Assembly: GCA_039029235.1 (NCBI GenBank) | Contig: JBCCGO010000001.1 | Coordinates: 1 to 51,813 of the forward strand | Reading direction: 5' to 3' | DNA: 51,813 nt | Source: Bacteroidota bacterium | GTDB lineage: Bacteria; Bacteroidota; Bacteroidia; Cytophagales; Amoebophilaceae | Part shown: positions 1-11,850 of the stretch, piece after piece | How the letters are laid out: every line of letters starts with the position of its first letter | How positions within the stretch are numbered: position 1 is the stretch's first letter | The notes under the pieces: generated by a model | The model's input: only the letters and a program-made list of their open reading frames with translations | The model's database searches: none | What the model was told of the DNA's origin: nothing | Program-made: the position numbers and the translations under genes

Positions 1-2650
<2,650 letters not shown>

Positions 2651-3581
2651 CCAAAACACAGTCACATTACTCAGATCTTGGTGCCTGAGCATAGCAACCG
2701 GTGTTTCGGCTATGTATTTCCCGCTTTTACTTTTACAGTATGTCAAAGAACATTGTCTCTGAGTATTAATAGCACGTCAGGTTGCTACGACATCCTCAAA
2801 GCCCTTCTGATGCCATTGATCAAGAGGCATCATTACTAATGGATCCCAAAGTTAATACATCTTCCATATATCTACAAATAAGTTGGCCGGAATTTTTTGG
2901 AGTAACCTACTTAAGCAGAAACTTTGGGACAAGCTCCTGAAAATTCTCAGGTCCATTCGAAGTTTTCTAACGTAATGACAAGGGGCGCGTAGTAGCTGTT
3001 TTTCTGGGTATGCCCCAAAAATTATGTAATAAAGCAAAAGACCCAATCTTATCCAAGTTCAGCCTAAAAGATCGTACTTATCAGTGAGCCGCCTCTTTCC
3101 TTTGCATAAGGAGCAAGTTGCCCAAATTATAGCCAATATCAGAGCCTCAGTTGAGAGCTACCATAGTCTAGCCACTCCATACAGCAGTCTGGGTGCGGGC
3201 AGGAGAGGTCTGGGAGCCCCTGGTGAGAGTGAATACGCATGAGGAAGCAGTAGATTTGCTAGCAGACATCGAGCTGACCCTCCAAGCTAGGTGCAAAGGC
3301 CTAGAGGTGATTAACGAGTGCACAACAATGCATAATATAGTAACTTTTGAGCCACTGCCCTCTGGCATCCACAATACTGGAAGATTATTGTGTGTAGGTT
3401 TGGTTAGTGCCTAATTTTATAATATGATATAGCCTTTGCCTCTTACCCGGCTAATCCTGAGTAGGCACAGAAAAAACGACGCTAGAGCTGCTGCTGCCCC
3501 TTTATGAAGTGTGTATGCCCCTAAACTTTCGCGAACAGCTCAACAACTGCAGCTATATTCTTCCGTTACAAAGCCCTTACT

Positions 3582-3612
3582 TTTGGCACCTCGGCTGATG
3601 TGAGTAACTTTG
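3582..3612 (+). promoter_or_regulatory. Candidate Bacteroidota-type promoter for lon (-33 TTTG, 19-nt spacer, -7 TAACTTTG)
   Basis: TTTG at 3582-3585 and TAACTTTG at 3605-3612 match the Bacteroides consensus TTTG-N19-21-TAnnTTTG. The site lies 74 nt upstream of the lon ATG. Confidence 0.45.
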
Positions 3613-3685
3613 CGTATAACTACCATCAGATTACCAGATTTGCCATTAGTCAGACAGATTCACACTCATTGCTAAACCTAACACT

Positions 3686-6193
3686 ATGCTTTCTTTCCAT
3701 GCTACCAGTGAGCGTTCAGAAGAAGTGGCACCCCTAGCCACAACCCTGGGCAATACCCTCCGCACCCACGAAGACCACTCAGCGCTACTACCGTTGTTGA
3801 CTACCAAGCAGGATGTTTTGTTCCCAGGCGTCATCATGCCTACAAGCCTGCAGCAAGAGCAAGCAAAATACCTTGCTAAAGAGGCCTACCGCACAGATAG
3901 CCTCATCGGAGTAGTGGCCCAGAAGAGCCCTACTGTAGAGAATCCAACAGAACAAGATATTTTTCATATAGGCACTATGGGGAGCATCATTAGCTGCATG
4001 ATGCTCCCTGATGGACGCACTACAGCCATCCTGCAAGGCCAGCAAAGATTTCAGGTTACTAAAATCATACAAAAAGGCGCCATACTTTGGGCGCACGTAC
4101 GCAAGCTTAGCGAAAAAGCCAGTAGCAGACAAAGCAAAACTGTCAAAGCCTTAATACAATCGATCAAAGAAGTAGCTACCAAACTTATGGCGCTCCAGCC
4201 AGCATTGCTTACCGGGGGCCGGCTGGTTTTAGATCATATGCAAGAACTTAATACGCTGACTTACTTCTTAGCTGCCAGCCTCCAAACCGGGGTGGAGTAC
4301 CAGCAAAAGCTGCTAGCAACCCATGATAGTACAGAGCGGGGCAATCTGCTATTGAAGTACCTGCTCAAGGAGCTAGAAATGTCACAACTCAGCCGGAAGC
4401 TACAAGACAAGTTACATCAGGATATCAACCAGCAGCAGCGAGACTACTACATACGGAACCAAATCAAGGTGCTACAAGATGAGCTTGGCGAGGACGAGGC
4501 AGATGAAGAAATAGCGGCGCTAAGAGCAAAAGGCAAGAATAAGCGCTGGCCTGCAGCGATAGCTGACTCTTTCTATAAAGAGCTCAATAAAGCAGAGCGC
4601 CTCAGTCCGCATAGCCATGACTATCCTGTCATCCTCAACCACGCCGAGCTTCTATTAGAGCTACCGTGGGAAAAGTACACCCAAGATAATACGAACCTTC
4701 AGTATGCTGCCAAAGTCTTAAATGCAGACCATCATGGCATCGAAAAGGTGAAGGAGCGTTTGCTAGAATACCTAGCCGTGCTCCAGCGCAAGCAGAGTAT
4801 GAAAGCCCCTATCCTGTGCCTATATGGGCCCCCTGGCGTAGGGAAAACCTCACTGGGCAAATCCATTGCCAAGGCTATGCGTAGAAAATACACCCGCATA
4901 TCACTTGGAGGCGTACATGACGAAGCCGAAATAAAGGGCCACAGAAAAACCTATGTCGGAGCTATGCCTGGCAAGCTCATCAAAGGACTCCAAAAAGCAG
5001 GCTCTTCTAATCCTGTATTTATGCTGGATGAGCTTGACAAACTTAGTGATTGGCGAGGCGATCCAGCTGCTGCCCTATTAGAAGTGCTAGACCCTGAGCA
5101 AAACAATGCCTTCGTAGATAACTTTCTCGAAGTGCCCTATGACCTTTCCCAGGTTTTGTTCATTGCCACGGCCAATACCCTAGATACCATTCCCCAAGCA
5201 CTCAAAGATAGGCTAGAAGTCATTGAGCTAACTGGCTATACTGTAGAAGAGAAGCTTCAGATTGCTAAAAAATACCTGTTCCCTAAACAACGCAAGGAGC
5301 ATGGGCTGAAAGCCAGCCATGTAGGTATTCATGACAGTGCCATCGTCCACATCATTGAGCACTACACCCGCGAGTCTGGCGTCAGAGAGCTAGCGCGCAA
5401 GCTAGGTAGCCTCGTGAGAAAAGTAGCTAAGGCCATGGCGCTAGACGAATCTTATCCAAAACGCATCAAAAAAATCGATATCACTAAGCTCCTAGGTGTA
5501 GAAAAATTTGACCAGGAAACCTACCAGCATATTGTCTTGCCAGGTGTGGCTATAGGCCTGGCTTGGACGCCTGTAGGAGGAGAGATACTCTTTATAGAAT
5601 CAACCCTAAGTCAAGGTAAGGGTAAGCTGACCCTCTCAGGACAGCTAGGGAAAGTTATGAAAGAGTCAGCCGTTACGGCACTTACCTACCTAAAGGCCCA
5701 TGCTGCCTCACTAGGCATAGCGCCCCAGGTCTTTAACAACTACGACCTGCACATCCATATCCCGGCCGGCGCTGTGCCCAAAGACGGTCCTTCAGCCGGC
5801 ATTACCCTCTTAGCTGCCCTGGCCTCCTTGTATACACAACGTAAAGTACGCAGTAGGCTGGCCATGACTGGCGAGATTACGCTACGGGGCAGGGTACTGC
5901 CCGTAGGAGGTATCCAAGAAAAAATACTAGCTGCTAAGCGAGCAGGCGTGCAAGAAATCATCCTCAGCGCAGAGAATAAAAAAGACATCCAAGAAATCAA
6001 CCATATTTACATCGAAGACCTAACCTTTCATTACGCCCACAATGTACCCGATGTGCTCAAGTGGGCGCTACAAGCTAAAAAAGCCCAGAACGCAAGAAAA
6101 TGGGACGTAGCAAAAGTCAGTAAGGCAAGAAGGCCCCTAGCACGATGGGGCACGGGCCCAGACCATAGCTCATGCCACATAACCAGGCAGTAG
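3686..6193 (+). CDS. lon: ATP-dependent Lon protease (LonA type)
   Basis: 835-aa ORF. Has a Lon N-domain (LPLLTTKQDVLFPGV), Walker A GPPGVGKTSLGKS, Walker B FMLDELDK, catalytic Ser in PKDGPSAGIT and catalytic Lys in GGIQEKILAAKRAG. Confidence 0.95.
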   Translation: MLSFHATSERSEEVAPLATTLGNTLRTHEDHSALLPLLTTKQDVLFPGVIMPTSLQQEQAKYLAKEAYRTDSLIGVVAQKSPTVENPTEQDIFHIGTMGSIISCMMLPDGRTTAILQGQQRFQVTKIIQKGAILWAHVRKLSEKASSRQSKTVKALIQSIKEVATKLMALQPALLTGGRLVLDHMQELNTLTYFLAASLQTGVEYQQKLLATHDSTERGNLLLKYLLKELEMSQLSRKLQDKLHQDINQQQRDYYIRNQIKVLQDELGEDEADEEIAALRAKGKNKRWPAAIADSFYKELNKAERLSPHSHDYPVILNHAELLLELPWEKYTQDNTNLQYAAKVLNADHHGIEKVKERLLEYLAVLQRKQSMKAPILCLYGPPGVGKTSLGKSIAKAMRRKYTRISLGGVHDEAEIKGHRKTYVGAMPGKLIKGLQKAGSSNPVFMLDELDKLSDWRGDPAAALLEVLDPEQNNAFVDNFLEVPYDLSQVLFIATANTLDTIPQALKDRLEVIELTGYTVEEKLQIAKKYLFPKQRKEHGLKASHVGIHDSAIVHIIEHYTRESGVRELARKLGSLVRKVAKAMALDESYPKRIKKIDITKLLGVEKFDQETYQHIVLPGVAIGLAWTPVGGEILFIESTLSQGKGKLTLSGQLGKVMKESAVTALTYLKAHAASLGIAPQVFNNYDLHIHIPAGAVPKDGPSAGITLLAALASLYTQRKVRSRLAMTGEITLRGRVLPVGGIQEKILAAKRAGVQEIILSAENKKDIQEINHIYIEDLTFHYAHNVPDVLKWALQAKKAQNARKWDVAKVSKARRPLARWGTGPDHSSCHITRQ

Positions 6194-6224
6194 TGTATTC
6201 CTATTGAAATATTAACCCACTATC

Positions 6225-7604
6225 ATGGCACCAAAAACTAGCTATTTAACCCCTAAAGAAATTGTAGCAGCCCTAGACAAATATATTATTGGCCAGCAGA
6301 CAGCCAAGCGTAACGTAGCTATTGCTCTCAGAAACCGTTGGCGTAGAATGCAAGTTCAGTCAGACATCAGAGGAGATATTACCCCCAATAACATACTCAT
6401 GATTGGGGCTACCGGTGTAGGTAAGACAGAGATTGCTAGAAGACTAGCCAAGATTGCCGATGCACCCTTTGTCAAAGTAGAAGCCTCCAAATTTACAGAA
6501 GTGGGCTACATAGGGCGTGATGTAGAGAGCATGGTACGCGATCTGGTAGAGCAAGCCATCAGCATGGTTAAAAAAGCCAAAGAGGAGGAAGTAAAAGAAA
6601 AAGCAGCACAGCAAGTAGAAGATATCGTGCTTGATGCCTTGATTCCGCCTATCAGCCAGGCCACTCACTCTGGCAGAGACATTTCTAGTATGCCCATGCC
6701 TGCACAAGACGGGCTTAACCTGAATGAGCAAACCCGAGAGCGCTTCCGAAAGAAGCTGCAAAATGGAGAACTAGATGACAAAAGAATTGAAATCAGTGTT
6801 AGTACCCCTAGCCCCATAGGAGTTGGCATGATAGGAAGCAATATGGTTGGCGAAGCCTCGCTAACAAATCTACACGATATGCTTCTCAAAAGAAGTAAAA
6901 AAAGAAAAGTTGCCATTGCCGAAGCTAAGAGACTCCTCCTACCTGAAGAAGCCCATAAGCTCATTGACATGGACATCGTCAAAGAAGAAGCCCTAGCAAA
7001 AGCGCAGTATACAGGCATCGTCTTCATCGATGAGATTGATAAAATAGCAGGAAGTAGTACCGAAAACGACGGCCCAGATGTCAGCAGAGAGGGCGTACAG
7101 AGAGACCTATTGCCCATCGTAGAGGGGAGCGCAGTAAATACCAAATACGGCCTTATATACACAGACCACATCCTGTTTATAGCAGCAGGCGCCTTTCATG
7201 TGTCTAAACCCTCGGCCCTCATTCCTGAGCTACAAGGTAGATTCCCGATTCGCGTAGAGCTAGGTAGCCTGGTCAAGGAAGATTTTCAGCGCATCTTACA
7301 AGAGCCAAAAAACGCCCTGACCAAACAATATCAAGCCCTGTTTGAAGCCGAAAAAGTGATCCTGAGTTTTGAAGAAGAGGCTGTAGCTGAAATAGCGGCC
7401 ATTGCTTTTCGTATCAACGAACAGGTGGAGAATATCGGCGCTCGGAGGCTGCACACCGTGATGAGTCATTTGCTCAACGACTTCCTGTTTGATGTACCTG
7501 ACAAGATTGCTCCTGACGAGCACATTCGTGTTACCAAAGCACTAGTCAATGAGCGCCTTGATGCATTAGCAAAACGAAAAGATCTAAGCGAATATATACT
7601 CTAG
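6225..7604 (+). CDS. hslU: ATP-dependent protease ATPase subunit HslU
   Basis: 459-aa ORF. N-terminus LTPKEIVAALDKYIIGQQTAKRNVAIALRNRWRR, Walker A GATGVGKTEIARRLA, Walker [12 protein letters not shown], and C-terminal ENIGARRLHTVM, which is typical of HslU. Confidence 0.93.
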   Translation: MAPKTSYLTPKEIVAALDKYIIGQQTAKRNVAIALRNRWRRMQVQSDIRGDITPNNILMIGATGVGKTEIARRLAKIADAPFVKVEASKFTEVGYIGRDVESMVRDLVEQAISMVKKAKEEEVKEKAAQQVEDIVLDALIPPISQATHSGRDISSMPMPAQDGLNLNEQTRERFRKKLQNGELDDKRIEISVSTPSPIGVGMIGSNMVGEASLTNLHDMLLKRSKKRKVAIAEAKRLLLPEEAHKLIDMDIVKEEALAKAQYTGIVFIDEIDKIAGSSTENDGPDVSREGVQRDLLPIVEGSAVNTKYGLIYTDHILFIAAGAFHVSKPSALIPELQGRFPIRVELGSLVKEDFQRILQEPKNALTKQYQALFEAEKVILSFEEEAVAEIAAIAFRINEQVENIGARRLHTVMSHLLNDFLFDVPDKIAPDEHIRVTKALVNERLDALAKRKDLSEYIL

Positions 7605-7782
7605 CAACAACACACTGCTGAGAAGTTGTGTGAAAAGTGCTTAAGTATAGACAAGCGCCACGCACTGGACAGCCCATTTGAAGCGGCCATACAGGAAGAG
7701 GAATCCCCACATAGCCCATTGAGGACATCTCTGTCAATTTGTGGAGATCCTTCTCCGTCTTCTTGTCATAGCTAAACACATA

Positions 7783-7965
7783 CCCCCCGGGAGAGCCTCG
7801 CTGAAGAGACCTTCCATTATTTTTAACAGCTTGACGGTCGCTTAGCGGTATACCTTACAGTTAACAGCAACATCTCGTTTCACTGATCTTCTCTGGGAGC
7901 CGTCATATCTTAAGGGGGGAATTACATTTTTCTGGCCTAGCAAGCTAAGCATGGTCACTTTTGGG
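7783..7965 (+). repeat. Diverged copy of the ~200-nt intergenic repeat family (see 41150-41700)
   Basis: Aligned by eye. A C-run plus gagcctcg..accttcc block; tctgggagccgtcatatc versus tctgggagtcggctagatc at 41414; ctagcaagctaagcatggt versus ctaggaacttcctaagtatgat at 41473. Boundaries are approximate. Confidence 0.35.
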
Positions 7966-8010
7966 ACAATCCCTATTTTTTTATACTTTCGCTAAAAGCT
8001 CAAGTACACT

Positions 8011-8442
8011 ATGCAAGTCAAAATCATCAACCGTTCGCAAAATGAATTACCGGCTCATGCTACTCCAGGTGCCAGTGGCCTAGACCTCAAAGCCCATATC
8101 CCAAAGCCCACCATCCTCCAGCCTTTACAGCGAACACTAGTAGCTACAGGCCTTCACATAGCCCTACCCAAGGGCTTTGAAGCACAAATACGGCCTAGGA
8201 GTGGCCTGGCCCACAGACATGGTATTACTGTCCTAAACAGCCCAGGTACCATCGATCCTGACTATCGGGGAGAAATTCAGATACTCCTCATCAACCTCGG
8301 CGACCAGCCTTTTGAGATTAATAATGGCGATCGCGTTGCCCAGCTAGTTATAAGCCGTGTCGAGCGCATCCAGTGGATGTATGTCAATGCCCTAGACGAT
8401 ACGCTTAGGGGCCAGGGTGGCTTTGGTAGTACAGGTATTTAG
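8011..8442 (+). CDS. dut: dUTP diphosphatase (dUTPase)
   Basis: 143-aa ORF with dUTPase motifs GASGLDL, RPRSGLA, GTIDPDYRGE and C-terminal RGQGGFGSTG. Confidence 0.93.
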   Translation: MQVKIINRSQNELPAHATPGASGLDLKAHIPKPTILQPLQRTLVATGLHIALPKGFEAQIRPRSGLAHRHGITVLNSPGTIDPDYRGEIQILLINLGDQPFEINNGDRVAQLVISRVERIQWMYVNALDDTLRGQGGFGSTGI

Positions 8443-8703
8443 CAACGCTTAGCAACCCCTGATCCATCTCATTATTCCTATAACAGAACCAGGAGTAAAT
8501 CCGTGCTGCCAAATTCCTCCATAAACCATGGCTTCTACATTACTGAGAAGCCTATGATGGCATGCCTAGTAAGGCAGTCAACACTTTGTGCCTACCTCTA
8601 GACCAGATCGCTATGCTCAGCCTTATCGTGCACACAATGGACTAAGGGGCGGTATCTCAAAAAGTGTGTATGCAAAAAGTAGAGACATCATAGAGATAAC
8701 ATA

Positions 8704-8757
8704 TTGTAAATTGGAACACACTATTCCAATTTACAAGGTAAAATTTTTGTATATTTG
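8704..8757 (+). promoter_or_regulatory. Perfect 13-bp inverted repeat (operator-like) followed by a TAnnTTTG -7 box
   Basis: ttgtaaattggaa (8704-8716), a 7-nt spacer, then ttccaatttacaa (8724-8736) are exact reverse complements. tatatttg at 8750-8757 matches TAnnTTTG and lies 21 nt before the ATG at 8778. Confidence 0.4.
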
Positions 8758-8777
8758 GAGAAGACATGTAGATACCC

Positions 8778-9917
8778 ATGCAGCGGCTTCATTTTCTAAA
8801 TAATATCCAGGAAATTTTTCAAAACCACTCCGTCTGTGCTATCCTAGGTCCTAGGCAGTGTGGCAAGACGACCTTTGCCCATCAATTTGCTCAGCAGCAC
8901 AACCTAGCAACAGTTCACTTTTTTGATCTAGAGAATACTTTCGATCTAGGGCGCCTTGAGAACCCCATGCTAGCCCTCTCAGCATTACAGGGTACGGTAG
9001 TCATTGATGAGATTCAGCGAAGGCCGGACTTGTTTCCTATTCTGCGTGTCTTAGCTGATACTACTTTTTTGCGGTTTTTGATTCTAGGCAGCGCCTCTCG
9101 TGAGCTTATCGAGCAAGATTCAGAATCGCTAGCAGGCCGTGTGGGCTATCTAGAACTTCCTCCCTTTGGTCTCCGGGAAGTAGATGACACCAATAAGCTC
9201 TGGATACGGGGTGGATTTCCTAAATCTTATCTGGCCAGCACCGAGAAAGCCAGTTTTTCTTGGCGAGCATTCTATGTACGTACCTTTCTAGAACAAGACA
9301 TTCCTAATCTAGGTTTCGCTATTCCGCCTCGGAATCTTCATCGCTTTTGGATGATGTTGAGTCATTATCATGGACAACTCTTGAATGCTAGTGAGCTGGG
9401 ACGTTCTTTGGGTTTGTCGAACCATACCGTAAAAAAATACTTAGACATCTTAGAAGGAACCTTTATGGTGCGTATACTACAGCCGTGGTTCGGGAATATC
9501 GGGAAACGTCAAGTAAAGTCAGTCAAAATCTATCTACGAGACTCAGGCATCCTCCACAGTCTTATGGGGTTGTCTGGCAGGGCGGCTGTAGAGCGTCATC
9601 CAAAGCTTGGGGCATCTTGGGAGGGTTTCGCGCTGGAAGAACTAATAAGGCGCTACGAAGCAACCAATGTCTACTTCTGGAGAACGCAAGCTGGAGCAGA
9701 GCTTGACCTGCTCATTCATGACCAGGGGAAGAAGCTGGGTTTTGAATTCAAATACACAGACAGGCCCCAAATTACCCCGTCGATGCGGATGGCTTTGGAG
9801 GACCTGAAACTTGAGCATATTACAATCATTTATCCTGGCCCTCATTCCTTTGCACTAGATGCTCATGTGACTGTAGTAAGTATTCAGGATCTCTACAGTA
9901 TGCCATCTAGCGCTTGA
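8778..9917 (+). CDS. AAA-family ATPase with a DUF4143 C-terminal domain (AAA_14/DUF4143 architecture)
   Basis: 379-aa ORF. Walker A GPRQCGKTT, Walker B VVIDEIQ, then the region typical of DUF4143 proteins (HYHGQLLNASELGRSLGLSNHTVKKYLDILEGTF...YLRDSGILHSL). Confidence 0.8.
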   Translation: MQRLHFLNNIQEIFQNHSVCAILGPRQCGKTTFAHQFAQQHNLATVHFFDLENTFDLGRLENPMLALSALQGTVVIDEIQRRPDLFPILRVLADTTFLRFLILGSASRELIEQDSESLAGRVGYLELPPFGLREVDDTNKLWIRGGFPKSYLASTEKASFSWRAFYVRTFLEQDIPNLGFAIPPRNLHRFWMMLSHYHGQLLNASELGRSLGLSNHTVKKYLDILEGTFMVRILQPWFGNIGKRQVKSVKIYLRDSGILHSLMGLSGRAAVERHPKLGASWEGFALEELIRRYEATNVYFWRTQAGAELDLLIHDQGKKLGFEFKYTDRPQITPSMRMALEDLKLEHITIIYPGPHSFALDAHVTVVSIQDLYSMPSSA

Positions 9918-10223
9918 AGGGTTGCCAATGCTCTCGATCGCTAGCCAGAACTCTCCGTGCTTGCTTACATTCTGGCCACGTAAGACCGGTAAAAGCCAAT
10001 CTTCTCAAGCCGTTCGATTTGCAAGCCTGCCATAGGCTCATGCCAGCATATCAAAAGCTCACAGGCTTCATATAACGTGCATAAAGATAGAACTTCGTAC
10101 CAAGATCCTATAGGGAATATTTTTTGAGGGCAGGAGGTAGTGATTGCCTTTGCCGATACGCTCCTTAGGGCAGCCCTGTGGTAGCTACTATGCAGATAGG
10201 TACTATGTAAGCGTCGCTGCCTA

Positions 10224-11480
10224 CTACAGCCCAAAGGCGCTGCTTGTGGTGCTGCGATAATAAATTGTAGAACTATTTTCTACAGCTAACACTTGCCTAG
10301 CTACACGTTTGACATCCTCTACCGCGATGCCTTGTATTTTCTCCATTTCGTTGTTTACTAGATTCGTATCTCCTAGTGACGTAGCGAGGGCCAGGGCCTG
10401 TGCACGATAGCGCAAGTCTACAGCTGTATATACCCAGTCAGTTTCCGCATGATTTTTTGCTTTGGCCAGCTCTGTTGCTACCAATCCTTGTGCTTGTACT
10501 GCCTCAAGAATAGGCAGTAGCACCTCTTCGACTTGCGAAAACGATATGCCCTCATTAAGCGTCCCACTAATGATCAATAAGCCCGGATCAGCCGTTTGGG
10601 TTGTATAAGCTTCTACCGTATTCAAGTACGGCTTGGCCTCAACAAGCTGCTTATAAAGCCGGGCAGACTTCCCTTCCCCTAAGCCAGTACATAGCAGCTC
10701 CACAGCATGATAGGCTGGCGATAGCCTAGCTGGCACATGATAGGCCTTATAGATAGCATTTAGAGGCACGTCAGCCTCGATCGTAATACCTCTGGAAGTC
10801 TTCTGAGGAGGCTCTTGTGGTAACGCTCTCACATAATCGGGACCTGCCGGAATGGGCTCAAACCATTTCTGGCAGAGCTGCTTTACTTGGGCTAGCTTTA
10901 CCCCACCTGCTACTACGAGTATAGCATTATTGGGCACGTAAAACTTAGCGGAGAATGCCTGTACATCCTCCATGGCAGCTTGGGCGATATGGCTAGTGTC
11001 TTGGCCAATCACTGGCCAGCGGTAAGGATGTACTGTATAAGCTAGCCCACTAAGCTTGAGCCAAGCATAACCATAAGGTTGGTTGAGGTACCTCTCCTTG
11101 AATTCTTCTATGACTACCTGCTGCTGCACGGCTAGAACCTGCGGATCAAACGATAGGCCTAGCATACGATCAGATTCTAGCCAGAAGGCAGTGGCTAGGT
11201 TAGCTGCGGGTAGTGTACAATAGTAGTTAGTAACATCCGGTGTGGTATAGGCGTTATTATCTCCGCCTACTTGCTGTAGCGCCTGATCATACGACGAAAT
11301 ATGTTGCGAGCCCCCAAACATCAGGTGCTCGAAGAGATGGGCAAAGCCTGTTTTACCCACTTCTTCGTCCCTAGCCCCTACATTGTACATAACGTTGACG
11401 GCAGCTAGCTGGCTGCTCGGATCTTCATGGACAACGACTTTTAATCCATTGCCTAACGTGAAGCTTTCAAAGTGGATCAT
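10224..11480 (-). CDS. M16-family (pitrilysin/insulinase-like) zinc peptidase
   Basis: 418-aa ORF with the inverted zinc motif HLFEHLMFGG (HxxEH) and the downstream Glu region NAYTTPDVTNYY. Confidence 0.85.
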   Translation of the reverse strand: MIHFESFTLGNGLKVVVHEDPSSQLAAVNVMYNVGARDEEVGKTGFAHLFEHLMFGGSQHISSYDQALQQVGGDNNAYTTPDVTNYYCTLPAANLATAFWLESDRMLGLSFDPQVLAVQQQVVIEEFKERYLNQPYGYAWLKLSGLAYTVHPYRWPVIGQDTSHIAQAAMEDVQAFSAKFYVPNNAILVVAGGVKLAQVKQLCQKWFEPIPAGPDYVRALPQEPPQKTSRGITIEADVPLNAIYKAYHVPARLSPAYHAVELLCTGLGEGKSARLYKQLVEAKPYLNTVEAYTTQTADPGLLIISGTLNEGISFSQVEEVLLPILEAVQAQGLVATELAKAKNHAETDWVYTAVDLRYRAQALALATSLGDTNLVNNEMEKIQGIAVEDVKRVARQVLAVENSSTIYYRSTTSSAFGL

Positions 11481-11850
11481 ACGCGGATGGTTCTAGATAG
11501 CCATTTCTTAGCGCAATGGGGCTTAGGATAAGACCTGGCCAAAGTGATCGAATAATTTCGTATACCCTTCCTCGTTTTAGCGTTACAGAGATACTCAACC
11601 AAGATGAATAGTCTCGCGGCACCTAAAATCATTACCCAGCTGAGTACTGTTCTTTGCTGTGGCTAATGACCAGGCATAGCCTGGGAATGCCCTCCCATGC
11701 TAAGGCCACCCAGCCAAGTGGCAAGGAAGCTAAAGTTGGGGCTCGAGGGGGCCTTGCTATTTGTACCAGGGGTAGCCATGGAGTACAGGTGCGGCTATCT
11801 CTATGACTCTGGGAAATTGCTGTATGTGCCAGCTGTGCTTTTGAGGTTCG

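Noticed and set aside
2852-3414. ORFs 2852..3046(-), 3168..3374(-) and 3193..3414(+) between the 23S and lon
   Set aside because: They are short, two overlap on opposite strands, and I recognise no motifs. This is more likely rRNA leader/promoter DNA or unrecognisable gene remnants. I also looked here for a 16S gene or a spacer tRNA and could not fold one.
7546-7779. 77-aa minus-strand ORF overlapping the hslU 3' end
   Set aside because: It overlaps the hslU coding end, shows no motif, and the region is better explained as intergenic or repeat DNA.
9965-10234. 89-aa minus-strand ORF downstream of the M16 peptidase, considered as a remnant of the usual second M16 subunit
   Set aside because: The translation has no M16-like segments that I can recognise, and it overlaps the M16 stop region. 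This is insufficient evidence.
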